64,000 nucleotides of DNA from Promethearchaeota archaeon (GCA_019057795.1 JAHLWS010000065.1:1-64000), one strand, 5' to 3'; counted from the stretch's first letter, positions 1 to 10,582 are shown. The notes: generated by a model from the letters alone, not told the origin. Translations and numbers: made by a program.

Positions 1-789
1 AAAAAAGCGATAAGAAAAAGTCTAAGAAAGGAAGTAGATTTTATAAAAATCCTATCGACTGGAGGCGTTATGAGTTCGCGAAAAATCGGCGAAGCTGGAC
101 GGCCTCAAATGACCATAGAAGAGATCGAGACTGCGTGTTTTGAGGCTCATCGTGGTGGATTATTAGTTGCCACTCATTGCGAAGCGACTCACGGTATTAA
201 GGAAGCACTTTTGGGAGGTGTTGACAGCATTGAACATGGTGCTAAAATAACTGATGATTTAGTACCATTATTTAAAAACAATCCTAAATCACTCCGAGGA
301 TTTACTACTTTGACTTCCACTATTTCTGCAGGTATGGGTATAGCTGTACTCTCTAAAGAAGAGACGAAAATAACGGATGTTAAAAAAGAAAATGCTATTT
401 TGATAGAAGTAGGAATGATCAATGGATTACAAAAGGCGTACAAAGAAGGAATAAATTTAACGGTTGGTACAGATGCGGCAGTTCCGTACTCTACACACTA
501 TAATATGTGGAAAGAATTAAAGAACTTTTTGAAATACACAGATATGACCGCACAAGAAGCTCTTCATTTCGCCACTAAAGGTAATGCCGAAAATATTGGA
601 ATTGGTGAAATAACAGGAAGCATAGAGGTTGGAAAATCAGCAGATATACAAGTTGTTCCGGGAAATCCCCTAGAAAATATTGATTATTTAGGACAAGTAT
701 CTATGGTAATGATTAAAGGATATTTAATTAAGAATCCTAAAGTTAAAAAAGTTAAGAACTTAAAAGAATTCGAACCAATAGAGCTTTAA
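1..789 (+). CDS. Metal-dependent amidohydrolase (prolidase-like family), 5'-truncated by the window edge
   Basis: Frame is open from base 1 (KKAIRKSLRKEVDFIKILSTGGVMS); motifs ATHCE, SIEHG, VGTDA, GSIEVGKSAD. Confidence 0.85.
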   Translation, partial: KKAIRKSLRKEVDFIKILSTGGVMSSRKIGEAGRPQMTIEEIETACFEAHRGGLLVATHCEATHGIKEALLGGVDSIEHGAKITDDLVPLFKNNPKSLRGFTTLTSTISAGMGIAVLSKEETKITDVKKENAILIEVGMINGLQKAYKEGINLTVGTDAAVPYSTHYNMWKELKNFLKYTDMTAQEALHFATKGNAENIGIGEITGSIEVGKSADIQVVPGNPLENIDYLGQVSMVMIKGYLIKNPKVKKVKNLKEFEPIEL

Positions 790-842
790 ATATTTTTTTT
801 ATTTTATTTTTATCTAATTTTTTTTTAGTAGATATTAAATAA

Positions 843-1727
843 TTAATTAGATGAAATATCTAATTGATTTTCTTTAAATCCCCATGATTTTAAAATCTCT
901 CCCGCTTCGTCCATAATTTCTTCGATGAAATCGCGTAAAGGAATGATTTCTTTTTGATGCGCTATAGCTGTTGATAATACGCTAGTTGCTTTTAATTCTC
1001 GATGGTACAGTTTTTTATGGTAATCTTCGGAAAATATATCCATGTCTAACCATTTCTTCTTCATCTCTTTAGGGACGGGACTTTCAGCTGTTGTAAGGAT
1101 TGCTGAACCAAGGCAAACACCATCTGCCCCCATAGCTAATGCCCCTAAGAATCCACGTGCGTCTCCAATTCCACCTGCGGCAATGATGGGAACGTTCAAT
1201 AACCGTTTTGCTATGGTTATATTTACTAAAGTTGTGTGTTGATAGGGATTTTTAAAACCTGAAGCTTCCATTCCAATTAAAGTAATAGCGTCAGCTCCCG
1301 CTCTTTCAGCCGAAATAGCGTGTCTAATCAAAGCACATTTGTGAATCCAATAGTTACCCGCTTCGTGAATCCTTTTTCCCAAATGAGTAGCTTGGTAAGC
1401 AGAAGTAAAAAAAACTTTCACACCTTCATTTATAGCAATGTCTAAATATTTTAAATAGTCATCTTTTGATACCTTAACATTTATAGCTCTCACGCCCGGA
1501 GGTAGCACAGTTAAATTAACACCAAAAGGCTTGTCCGTTAATTCTTTCATTTTTTGCAATTCGGATCTAAAATCACCGATCTGGTAATTCAAGGCAGTAA
1601 TAACCCCCAATCCACCAGCATTTGAGAACAATGCTGCAAATTCAGTTCTACCATACCCGGCAAAAGCGGCCATAATTAAAGGGTACTTAGTACCCGTCAT
1701 TTTATTTATTGAAGTTTTCCAAATCAT
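843..1727 (-). CDS. Nitronate monooxygenase / FabK-like flavin oxidoreductase
   Basis: SNAGGLG, TDKPFGVN, PIIAAGGIGDARG, GADGV motifs. Confidence 0.85.
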   Translation of the reverse strand: MIWKTSINKMTGTKYPLIMAAFAGYGRTEFAALFSNAGGLGVITALNYQIGDFRSELQKMKELTDKPFGVNLTVLPPGVRAINVKVSKDDYLKYLDIAINEGVKVFFTSAYQATHLGKRIHEAGNYWIHKCALIRHAISAERAGADAITLIGMEASGFKNPYQHTTLVNITIAKRLLNVPIIAAGGIGDARGFLGALAMGADGVCLGSAILTTAESPVPKEMKKKWLDMDIFSEDYHKKLYHRELKATSVLSTAIAHQKEIIPLRDFIEEIMDEAGEILKSWGFKENQLDISSN

Positions 1728-1792
1728 ATTGTAACACTATTCAATTGTTAATGTGTATTTAAAATATTGAAAGGTTTCTAAATCATACAAGG

Positions 1793-2650
1793 TTATAATT
1801 CTAATAACTTTTTTGCATTTTCACCGAGAATTTTTCTTCGAAACCCATCAGAAATAGGAATTTCTTTAACTGCGGGAATAATCTTGTTCCAATGTTTAAT
1901 TGGGTGATCTGAAGCAAATAATACTTTATCCTCAGCATTACTTTTAGAAAAAGCTTCAAAAGGAAACCACTGATATAGTTCAGGATATGCAGAAATATCA
2001 ATATAGACTTTGGGATGTCTAACAACTACGCTCCATGCATCCCAAAACCATGGAGTTCCCATGTGTCCCATTATAATTGTTAAATCTTGATGTTTAGATG
2101 CCAATACATCTACTAGCATTGGATGACCGTATTTTGTTATTGAACCTATTATTGATCCTAAATGTGCTGTGTGAGTCCAAAGAGGAATGTTAAAATCTAT
2201 CATTTTCTTCCATAAGGGGTCATATTTATTATCAGAAATGTCAAACTTCTGCGCTGGAGGTACAAGTTTGACACCTTTAAGTCCTAACGATGTTATAGCA
2301 TATTCAAGTTGATCCATAGCGTCATGTGCGGGAATATCAATACACGCAAATCCAATAAACTTCTCTGGATATTTCTCAACAAAATCCGCGACATTATCAT
2401 TTGTAACTATACATACACCGTAGGCTGTCGTAAGATTATATGATACAATTACAGCTTTATCAATACCGTATTTTTCCATCTGAGTAATATAATCATCAAT
2501 AGATATTTTTGTCTGTAGAACTTCATAAAATTTAAACATCGCACGACGGCCTTTTTTATTTGTACCAAGTAGAGCATTAGCTACAAAATCAAGATCGTCG
2601 CCCCAATCAGCCTCTTTACAAAAAGGATGAACATGCATATCAATAATCAT
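1793..2650 (-). CDS. Amidohydrolase_2 family protein
   Basis: IIDMHVH, GLKGVKL, IMGHMG, VLFASDHP, ILGENAKKL. Confidence 0.85.
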   Translation of the reverse strand: MIIDMHVHPFCKEADWGDDLDFVANALLGTNKKGRRAMFKFYEVLQTKISIDDYITQMEKYGIDKAVIVSYNLTTAYGVCIVTNDNVADFVEKYPEKFIGFACIDIPAHDAMDQLEYAITSLGLKGVKLVPPAQKFDISDNKYDPLWKKMIDFNIPLWTHTAHLGSIIGSITKYGHPMLVDVLASKHQDLTIIMGHMGTPWFWDAWSVVVRHPKVYIDISAYPELYQWFPFEAFSKSNAEDKVLFASDHPIKHWNKIIPAVKEIPISDGFRRKILGENAKKLLEL

Positions 2651-2721
2651 CTTAATAACTCCCCAGTTCCTTATAGATTTAAATTAAGTTAAGTATAATA
2701 TAAATTTTAAAATTAGATAAC

Positions 2722-4053
2722 TTATAAAAAATTATCTATAGTTCTCTGATTTTTAACGAAATTTATTAATTTACTGCTCTTTTTCCAATATTTATAGCTA
2801 ACCATGAAACCCTCCGCCATGCTTTTAATCGAATCGTCAAAATTATCGAGGATTTGCGGATTGTTTAGTTCCATTGCGTTTTTTACAGTCTCTCTGATAA
2901 CCCAAACACCTAATGGCACAATATAACCCCCTTGTACTTCGCGAAAGATTAGAATCCTTGCTTGTCTTCCGATCCGGTATAAATATTCGCAAACTTCCTT
3001 TCGAGCAGCGTAATAAGCACCCGTAATATTGCTTGCGTAACTCTTTCTCCCCCTATAAAATTCAAAATCAGTCATTATTTGAGGTTTTAAACTGCCAATA
3101 TTCCCATTGAGAGAAATGTTCCACAATGTATTGGGCGCCCAAACTTCGTTCATCTCATACGTGAATTTACCAGGAAAAAGAAGTATTTTAAAGTGATTAT
3201 CTAAGTAAGTTCTTTCAAAAATGCGATAATCATTTATTTCAGGAAATTTTTTAATCTCTTTAATTAGTGCCTTAGAGATGATGTCATCAACAGCGGTTAT
3301 ACTCCATCTAGTCGGAACAATTCGCCGTTTATTCTTTTCGCCTAACAAACCAGCTGAAAAAACCCTTTTAATTGTCGATTCTGGGACGCGTCCTTTAAAA
3401 TAGAGGTATTTTGATACTGCTTCCGTTGCTTTTAAATCGGTATCTGCAACGCAATAATCTACTTTTGGATGGACCTTTGTATTCTCTGTGATTCTTATTT
3501 TCTCAGTCATGCCAGTAGGACCCATAGGTAACGAATGATTATCCAGCAACATTCTTAAATTTATTTTTGGTAGCTTTGTTTCTGTATCTACAGGACGAGC
3601 TGCCATCGATAATTCTTGAGAAGTTTCGAGCAATTTTTGTGCCTTCATGGGGGGCGTGTTTTTACGGCTCCTTTTGCCAATATTAACATTGATTTTAAAA
3701 TTATTTCTTACCAAACTACTTCTATATCGAATAATATCAAGCATACTTTTTCCAAACCACAGTTCTGGAGCGTCTAAGATGTGGTAATCCGAAATTCTTT
3801 GATCTATTTCAAATTTTTGGAAAGGAACCAATGGTCCTAAATACACGTTAGGATAATTGAAATGACCGACGAAAAATCCTGGAGGGCTAGGTCCAGAAAG
3901 CTCTACATTTCGTAATGTTTTATCAAATTCAAATGGAACCAGCGATTTTAAAACAGATTTTTTTAATAAGATTGGGCATGTTTTCTTACCACATAATAAT
4001 CTCGCTCCTTTACAGCGTAAGCAGATGTTTTTTTCAGTTGGGGGTCGAACCAA
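2722..4053 (-). CDS. nreA: Archaeal DNA repair protein Nre
   Basis: N-terminal CLRCKG...CGKKTCP, VPTRWSITAVDD, GAYYAAR, PLGVWVIRE, C-terminal PIP box QRTIDNFL. Confidence 0.9.
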   Translation of the reverse strand: MVRPPTEKNICLRCKGARLLCGKKTCPILLKKSVLKSLVPFEFDKTLRNVELSGPSPPGFFVGHFNYPNVYLGPLVPFQKFEIDQRISDYHILDAPELWFGKSMLDIIRYRSSLVRNNFKINVNIGKRSRKNTPPMKAQKLLETSQELSMAARPVDTETKLPKINLRMLLDNHSLPMGPTGMTEKIRITENTKVHPKVDYCVADTDLKATEAVSKYLYFKGRVPESTIKRVFSAGLLGEKNKRRIVPTRWSITAVDDIISKALIKEIKKFPEINDYRIFERTYLDNHFKILLFPGKFTYEMNEVWAPNTLWNISLNGNIGSLKPQIMTDFEFYRGRKSYASNITGAYYAARKEVCEYLYRIGRQARILIFREVQGGYIVPLGVWVIRETVKNAMELNNPQILDNFDDSIKSMAEGFMVSYKYWKKSSKLINFVKNQRTIDNFL

Positions 4054-4261
4054 TCTTGTGTCTCTTTAAAAATTATTATCTTTATTAGAAAAGATTATAT
4101 TTATTATTAAAAAGGTAGACGAGTATAAATTTTTAATATTTATAAAAGAATTAATATAAATTTTTTATTGAATGTATGTGTTGTTGATGTTTATATTATT
4201 GATCATCAATTTATATAGAATGCCTTCTAATAAGGATTTATTATAATAATAATAAATACTT

Positions 4262-5245
4262 ATGAAAGCGATTGTATGCACAAAATACGGACCACCGGAT
4301 GTACTTCAGCTCAAAGAGGTAGATAAACCTACTCCCAAGGACAATGAAGTACTGGTCAAAGTTCATGCGGCATCCTTAAATGCCGCTGATTTGGATTACC
4401 TCAGAGGTAGGCCAATGGTCCGCATCGGGGGGCTTCGAAAACCAAGATATAAGATACTCGGATCTGACATAGCGGGGCGGGTTGAAGCAGTTGGCAGAAA
4501 TGTAAAGCAGTTTCAACCAGGTGATGATATATTCGTGGACTTATCCGTGTGTGGTTTTGGCGGTTTTGCAGAGTATGTATGTGTTCCTGAAAAACCATTA
4601 GCGCTGAAATCGGCCAGCATGACATTCGAGGAAGCAGCGACCCTACCTCAAGCAGCAATCCTCGCCTTGCAGGGTCTTCGCGATAAAAGTCAGATTCAGC
4701 CAGGTCAAAAGGTTTTGATTAATGGTGCGGGTGGTGGTGTGGGTACGTTTGCGGTGCAGATTGCCAAATTATTCGGGGCTGAAGTGACTGGCGTGGACAG
4801 CACGGAGAAATTGGACATGGTGCGCTCCATTGGTGCTGACCAGGTCATTGATTACACTCAAGAAGATTTCACCAAAAGTGGGCAGCGTTATGACCTGATT
4901 CTTGATGTTGTGGTATCTCGTTCAATTTCCGATTACAAGCGTGCTTTGAACCCCAAGGGAATTTTACGCATGGTCGGAGGTTCAATGGCTCGAGTTTTCA
5001 AAGTTATGTTCCTAGGATCATTGATTTCAAGGAGTAAGAAAATGGGTATCGTGATGTGGAAACCAAACAAAAAAGAAGATCTGGTTTTTTTGACTGAGCT
5101 TTTTGAAGCCGGCAAGATAGTCCCTATTATAGATAGATGTTACCCGTTAGGTGAGGTTGCTGAAGCTTTCCGGTACCTTGAAGAAGGACACCACCAAGGA
5201 AAATTAGTAATAACTATTGACAGTAAGAAAAATGAGTTTCCTTAG
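4262..5245 (+). CDS. NAD(P)-dependent medium-chain dehydrogenase / quinone oxidoreductase-like protein
   Basis: MKAIVCTKYGPPDVL, GSDIAGRVEAVG, VLINGAGGGVG, GKLVI. Confidence 0.9.
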   Translation: MKAIVCTKYGPPDVLQLKEVDKPTPKDNEVLVKVHAASLNAADLDYLRGRPMVRIGGLRKPRYKILGSDIAGRVEAVGRNVKQFQPGDDIFVDLSVCGFGGFAEYVCVPEKPLALKSASMTFEEAATLPQAAILALQGLRDKSQIQPGQKVLINGAGGGVGTFAVQIAKLFGAEVTGVDSTEKLDMVRSIGADQVIDYTQEDFTKSGQRYDLILDVVVSRSISDYKRALNPKGILRMVGGSMARVFKVMFLGSLISRSKKMGIVMWKPNKKEDLVFLTELFEAGKIVPIIDRCYPLGEVAEAFRYLEEGHHQGKLVITIDSKKNEFP

Positions 5246-5288
5246 GCTTCGGTAGAGGGATAAAACTTGTAATTCATGTGTTCAAGTT

Positions 5289-5762
5289 TCACTTCTTTTG
5301 CAGGTTCTGCTTCAGGTTCTGAGCAAACTCTTCCGCATGTTTGAGGTCTTCAGCATTAGGTCTACCCTTATTCATTCCCCCAAAATATTTCATGAAACTA
5401 TTAGTGTTAAAACCTTTACAAGCAAATTCATCAACGATCATGTAACCTTTCGATTGCAGTTTTTCCCTAAGCAGCGAATGATCTTTGGCGACTTTGGCTT
5501 CTCCTGTCATTGCACTGGTTGAGAAAATGAATGCTTTCTTGTTGGTGACTTGTGGTAGTTTATCGGCAAGGTCAAGCAGATCTTTATGGTGTTTTGCACC
5601 ATATATCCCTGAGCCAAAGCCTATTAGACTATACTCTTGAAGCTCTTCAGGGTTTATTTGCTGTGGCGTTTTTATTTGTGCATCAAGAACTTTTGCGAAG
5701 ACATTAGCGATTTTCTCAGTATTATTGTGATGGTATGAAAGCAAAACCAATAGAGATTTCAT
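5289..5762 (-). CDS. Flavodoxin family protein
   Basis: SYHHNNTEKIA, IGFGSGIY, FACKGF, GRPNAEDL. Confidence 0.85.
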   Translation of the reverse strand: MKSLLVLLSYHHNNTEKIANVFAKVLDAQIKTPQQINPEELQEYSLIGFGSGIYGAKHHKDLLDLADKLPQVTNKKAFIFSTSAMTGEAKVAKDHSLLREKLQSKGYMIVDEFACKGFNTNSFMKYFGGMNKGRPNAEDLKHAEEFAQNLKQNLQKK

Positions 5763-5990
5763 AGGTATCGAAACATTCTCTTATATTTAAGATTATCGGA
5801 CTTAAAAATGCATATGCCAAAATGTTTGATCGTTATCTTGATACTTAATATATGATATTGATGAATATCCAACCATTTTTGAATCTTAAGAGCTTCTAAA
5901 GTATAATTCACATAAGTTATGTAATCAATAAATTTTTAATATTTATATTAAAGAACCAATATTTTGCTTTTAAAAATTCGAAAATAAAAT

Positions 5991-6049
5991 TTTACAAATA
6001 ATTTATTACAAAAACCTTTAATTTATAATAAATTGTAATATATTGTAAA
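5991..6049 (+). promoter_or_regulatory. Putative operator of the antitoxin-doc pair
   Basis: Two TTACAA boxes (5991-6011) mirrored by two TTGTAA boxes (6033-6049) around an AT-rich promoter just upstream of 6075. Confidence 0.4.
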
Positions 6050-6074
6050 TATAAAATTATTTTTAAATTTTTAA

Positions 6075-6338
6075 GTGGTTTTAATGGAGAAAGAAAAACC
6101 AAAAGTGGTACATACAGAGTTAAAAGGCAATCTTTCAACACGTTTCAATATAATTAAATCCTCTTTAGGGATACAAAATGACGCTGAAGTTATTCGCTAT
6201 TTAATTCAGAATTATTTTAAGGAATCTTTAGAAAGTGAAAAAAAGGGAGCTATAGAAGAATTAGAAAGAGATCGAGAAATTGTAAAGACATTCATGGAAA
6301 AATATGGTGAAGAATGGAGAAAACTTGGTGAAGATTAG
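6075..6338 (+). CDS. Putative antitoxin (small RHH-like protein)
   Basis: 87 aa; stop overlaps the start of the Fic/Doc gene; DAEVIRYLI helix and acidic C-terminus. Confidence 0.6.
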   Translation: MVLMEKEKPKVVHTELKGNLSTRFNIIKSSLGIQNDAEVIRYLIQNYFKESLESEKKGAIEELERDREIVKTFMEKYGEEWRKLGED

Positions 6339-6712
6339 TGGTTTGGATTCCTTCAGTTGAATATATTGAAGCTTTATTCGAAGATCAAATTAAGAAAGGA
6401 CATTTAATGAATCGACAAGGATTGATATCCACACTTGATAAAGTAAAATGGGGCATTCCTTTCCAAAACACTCCGACTATTTGGGATCAATTTGCTACTT
6501 TATATAAAGAAATTGTAGAGAATCATTATTTCTCTGACGGAAATAAAAGAATAGGTTCTTTATTAGCATATATCTTCTTAGATAAAAATGGATATGAATT
6601 TTTTCCGCCTAAAGGCGAAATTTATCGTATGACTATGAATGTTGCACAAGGATTAAGTAAATTTGATGAACTTAAAGAATGGTTTCAAAAAAATTCTAAG
6701 AAAATTCAATAA
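6338..6712 (+). CDS. Fic/Doc family toxin
   Basis: HYFSDGNKRIG matches the Doc-type motif HxFxDGNKR. Confidence 0.85.
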   Translation: MVWIPSVEYIEALFEDQIKKGHLMNRQGLISTLDKVKWGIPFQNTPTIWDQFATLYKEIVENHYFSDGNKRIGSLLAYIFLDKNGYEFFPPKGEIYRMTMNVAQGLSKFDELKEWFQKNSKKIQ

Positions 6713-6719
6713 AGGGAAT

Positions 6720-6767
6720 ATTCCTTTCCAAACACTCTGAAAATTTGGATATCGTAGAAAATCACTT
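6720..6767 (+). repeat. Degenerate copy of an internal doc segment (6455-6528)
   Basis: attcctttccaaacactctga vs attcctttccaaaacactccga; atcgtagaaaatcac vs attgtagagaatcat. Confidence 0.6.
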
Positions 6768-6805
6768 TAATGAAGATATTTTTCCTTTTTAGGTGTTCCA
6801 TCAAT

Positions 6806-8878
6806 TTATGTTATTCTAAACGATGTTGATATAAAATTCTCCTCTTTAGAAGAGGGTCCAACATTCGCAATATATTCAATTGGTTCAATAACCCATTCTT
6901 TTTTATGAGAATCGTAATATGATAGGTCTTCTGCTTTAAGTTTTAATGTTAATGTTTTAGTTTCTCCAGGGTTCAAATATACCTTCCCAAATCCTTTTAA
7001 TTCTTTAATTGGGCGATCAACTGAAGAATTATTATAACTTATATATAATTGTGCGATTTCTTCTCCTGCTATATGTCCATCGTTCGTAATATCCACATTA
7101 AATTCTATTTCAGCATTTTTAGAAATGGTTTCTTTATTCTTGCGAAGATTTTTATAAGTATAAGTTGTATAACTTAGTCCATATCCAAAAGGGAAAGCAG
7201 GTTCATACCCATTTTTATCCATTAACTTGTATCCATGATAATATCCATATTCAATATATTTTGCATATTTGTCAAAAAAGGGGAGTTGATCTTCTGATTT
7301 TGGGAATACAATGGGAAGTTTACCACACGGATTAAATTTTCCGAAAATAATCTCCCCAATTGCTGTACCACCCTCCATTCCAGGATACCACGCCATTAAT
7401 ATTGCTGGAACTTTATCTTTCCAAGATTCTACTATTATTGAACTTCCCCCTTCTAATACAACAATAGAGTTATTGTTTGCTGAAGCAACTACTAAAATTA
7501 ATTTTTCGTCTTCCTCTGCCAATTCAAGCAAATCCCTATCTCCCCCTAAAGGAGGAATATACTCGCCTTCGTCATCGCTTGTATTACCTACAACAATGAT
7601 TACAACATCAGTTTGCCGAGCTAATTTTACAACGTCCTCAAGGTTTCTTCCATCGTTGTGTATTATTTCTATAGTATTTCCAGCAGAATTTTTGATTCCC
7701 TCGAGAGGAGTTATTACGTAAGGCGGATAAACCCTGCTACTACCATTGTCTCCGATATTAGGCGCATCTGCAAGCTTTCCTATCACTGCAATTTTTTTAA
7801 TATTGTTTTTATTTAGTGGAAGTAGATTTTTCTCATTTTTTAATAGTACTATACTTTTCCTCGCGGCATCTAATGCAAGCTGGATATGCTCTTTACACGC
7901 AACTTTATCTGTATTATATATCGCAGGATCTCCTTCATGTGCATACTTGAGTTTTAATCTCAATATTCTTAAAACGGCCTCATTAATTTGCTCTTCCGAA
8001 ATTTTCCCTTTCTCTAATAACCTTTTCAGCTTTATTGGTTTCATATGAATTCCAAAAGGCATCTCAATATCAACTCCAGCATTTATTGCATCCATTCCGT
8101 TTCGAATGCCCCGGACAAAATCTGTAACTACAAAACCTTTGAAATTCCAATCAGTTTTTAATATATCGCGTAAAAGATGAGAATTGTGGCCACAGTATTT
8201 TCCATTGACCTTGTTATATGCATTCATAATGGATGTTACACCTGCTTCGACGCATTTTTTAAAATGCCAAAGATACACTTCCCTTAAGGTCCGTTCATCT
8301 ATTTTTACATCAACATCAAATCGCATGTTCTCCATGCTATTACACGCGTAATGTTTTGCACATGACATTACATGCTTCTGCGTTCCTTTTATGAGGGCCA
8401 CTCCAAAGGCTCCAAGATGGAAAGTATCTTCGCCATAAGTTTCTTGAGCCCTACCCCATGCGGGATGTCTTAGAAGGTTAATGCAAACGCCACCAAAATA
8501 ATTAGCTCCTTGAGCTTTTGCTTCGATTCCGATCGCATTTCCTATATTTTTCTCTAGTTCCAAATCCCAAGTTGCCCCCCTTGCCATAGAAACAGGAAAA
8601 CAAGTGGAATTACCCAATGCAACACCTCTAGGACCATCAGTGAATTCAATACCGGGAATTCCAAGATTCTTATCAACACCAGCAGGGACAGGTTTATAAT
8701 TATATCTTGTTTCCGAACTCTCCGAACTCTCATCATGAATACCAAGTTCACCATCTCCAACCATCTGCCATGTTTTTTCTTTTATAGTCATATGTGAAAG
8801 AATTTCTTGTGCTTTTTGGTTAATTTCTTCTTCTGAGAGCCCAATTAACTTGTCCCACTTTAATTTTCGTTCAGCCAT
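6806..8878 (-). CDS. Glycoside hydrolase family 3 beta-glucosidase
   Basis: TDGPRG, GRAQETYGED, CAKHYA, GFVVTDF, AWYPGMEGG, PFGYGLSYT, Fn3-like C-terminus. Confidence 0.95.
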   Translation of the reverse strand: MAERKLKWDKLIGLSEEEINQKAQEILSHMTIKEKTWQMVGDGELGIHDESSESSETRYNYKPVPAGVDKNLGIPGIEFTDGPRGVALGNSTCFPVSMARGATWDLELEKNIGNAIGIEAKAQGANYFGGVCINLLRHPAWGRAQETYGEDTFHLGAFGVALIKGTQKHVMSCAKHYACNSMENMRFDVDVKIDERTLREVYLWHFKKCVEAGVTSIMNAYNKVNGKYCGHNSHLLRDILKTDWNFKGFVVTDFVRGIRNGMDAINAGVDIEMPFGIHMKPIKLKRLLEKGKISEEQINEAVLRILRLKLKYAHEGDPAIYNTDKVACKEHIQLALDAARKSIVLLKNEKNLLPLNKNNIKKIAVIGKLADAPNIGDNGSSRVYPPYVITPLEGIKNSAGNTIEIIHNDGRNLEDVVKLARQTDVVIIVVGNTSDDEGEYIPPLGGDRDLLELAEEDEKLILVVASANNNSIVVLEGGSSIIVESWKDKVPAILMAWYPGMEGGTAIGEIIFGKFNPCGKLPIVFPKSEDQLPFFDKYAKYIEYGYYHGYKLMDKNGYEPAFPFGYGLSYTTYTYKNLRKNKETISKNAEIEFNVDITNDGHIAGEEIAQLYISYNNSSVDRPIKELKGFGKVYLNPGETKTLTLKLKAEDLSYYDSHKKEWVIEPIEYIANVGPSSKEENFISTSFRIT

Positions 8879-8986
8879 TTCTTTTGAAACCTTTTTTATT
8901 GGTTTAATGAGTACAGCAAAAAGATAAGTATTTTTCTTAAACTTTGATTTTTTTTATAATATTAAGTCAAAAAAGATTATATCCTT

Positions 8987-9017
8987 AATTAAAGATATTG
9001 AATGGGTTGTAGGGGTA
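8987..9017 (+). repeat. 31-bp exact direct repeat of the nfi-internal segment 9876-9906
   Basis: aattaaagatattgaatgggttgtaggggta is present at both positions. Confidence 0.9.
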
Positions 9018-9108
9018 CTAAATCTAATCATTTCCTCGTTTAGTCCTAACCTGAATTTAATTTCTCAACTTATTTAGTAAATAATTCCTAAAATAATTTT
9101 TGTTTAAT

Positions 9109-9699
9109 TTAATTTTTCCTACATAATAATTCTCCTTTTCCAATTGGTAAAATCATAGCGTCTACACGTTTGTCAGACAATGCTTTATTTATCATAGGCT
9201 TTAATGTCTCATAGTGATTTATTGCATTGTCAGCTACCAACAATCCTCCTTGTATCAACTTTGGTATTATTAAATCATAACATTCTTCATAAATTTCTTT
9301 TTCAGCATCCAAAAAACAAAACGATACATTTTTTTCAGTTGTCAAATAATTGAGAGCATCCCCCTCAATTAATTCAATATATTTCTCCATTTTACTCTCT
9401 CGAAATGTCTCTTTAGCAATTTGTATTTTTTTCTCCAAAATTTCATAGGTTTTAATTTTAATATTCCTTTTCATGCATGCTAAAGCTATCCATAGTGTGG
9501 AATAGCCAGCACTGGTTCCGATTTCTAAGATTTGTCCTTCTGGTGCAGAAGCTGCTAAAATCGCGAGAAATTTACCAGTTTCAGCCGGTATTTGTCGCAA
9601 TCTTTCCATCCGAGGCGTTCCATTAGCTCTATCTTTAGAATCAAGACCCTCTAAATATCTCATTCTTCTTATTACGAGTTCTGGGATGTTATGAAACAT
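9109..9699 (-). CDS. O-methyltransferase (Methyltransf_3 type)
   Basis: [28 protein letters not shown]. Confidence 0.9.
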   Translation of the reverse strand: MFHNIPELVIRRMRYLEGLDSKDRANGTPRMERLRQIPAETGKFLAILAASAPEGQILEIGTSAGYSTLWIALACMKRNIKIKTYEILEKKIQIAKETFRESKMEKYIELIEGDALNYLTTEKNVSFCFLDAEKEIYEECYDLIIPKLIQGGLLVADNAINHYETLKPMINKALSDKRVDAMILPIGKGELLCRKN

Positions 9700-9762
9700 T
9701 TTATTTCACTTGATTAGTATATTAATTTATAATAAATATAACGATTAATATATTGATTATCA

Positions 9763-10497
9763 ATGACGTATGAATTACTTCAAAAGGACTTTTCTTCAGA
9801 TGAAGCAGAAGCACTTCAAAAGAAATACAGTTTAATTTTTAAAAAAAAGAATCAAAAAAGTGTAATTAATACAAAAATTAAAGATATTGAATGGGTTGTA
9901 GGGGTAGATATTTCTTATTATAACAAAGAAAATGAAGAGTGGGGGGTTTCATGTGCGGTTCTCTGGAATTTGACTAATAATAAGATGGAAAATCATTGTC
10001 TCGCGGAAGGTATTATTAAATTCCCTTATAAAACCGGTTTTTTGGGTTTTAGAGAGTGTAACTTGCTTGCACAAGCTATAAACAAGCTTTCAAAAACGCC
10101 AGATATTATTATGTGTGATGGTCACGGAATTATCCATCCTAAACGATTTGGAGAGGCGGTACAGTTAGGTTTAGCTTTAGATGTCCCAACTTTTGGTGTA
10201 GCAAAAAATCCGTTTATTGGATATTCAGAGTGGAAAACATTAAAGAGAGAAAAAGGGAAAAAAGTGCCAGTCTGGGCTTATGATCCAAAAAAAGCAACTG
10301 ATTCACCTCAAGAAATAATAGGAAATGCTGTATGTTTAAACGATAGTATGAAACCTATCTTTATTAGCGTTGGGTACAAAACAATTTTAGATTTATCTAT
10401 AAAAGTTGCGTTAAAAACAACTAGAAATCATAGACAACCAGAACCTCTTTATTTAGCAGATTACTTTTCAAGGCAAAAAATAAAAGATCGTTTCTAA
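9763..10497 (+). CDS. nfi: Endonuclease V
   Basis: GVDISY, FPYKTGFLGFRE, MCDGHGIIHP, GVAK, PIFISVG, RQPEPLYLAD. Confidence 0.92.
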   Translation: MTYELLQKDFSSDEAEALQKKYSLIFKKKNQKSVINTKIKDIEWVVGVDISYYNKENEEWGVSCAVLWNLTNNKMENHCLAEGIIKFPYKTGFLGFRECNLLAQAINKLSKTPDIIMCDGHGIIHPKRFGEAVQLGLALDVPTFGVAKNPFIGYSEWKTLKREKGKKVPVWAYDPKKATDSPQEIIGNAVCLNDSMKPIFISVGYKTILDLSIKVALKTTRNHRQPEPLYLADYFSRQKIKDRF

Positions 10498-10582
10498 CTA
10501 AAACCGGTAATATTTTAGAGAAACGCTATTTTTAAAGGAAGAAAAATAATGTTAATTAAATTAATAATAATAAATTATATGG

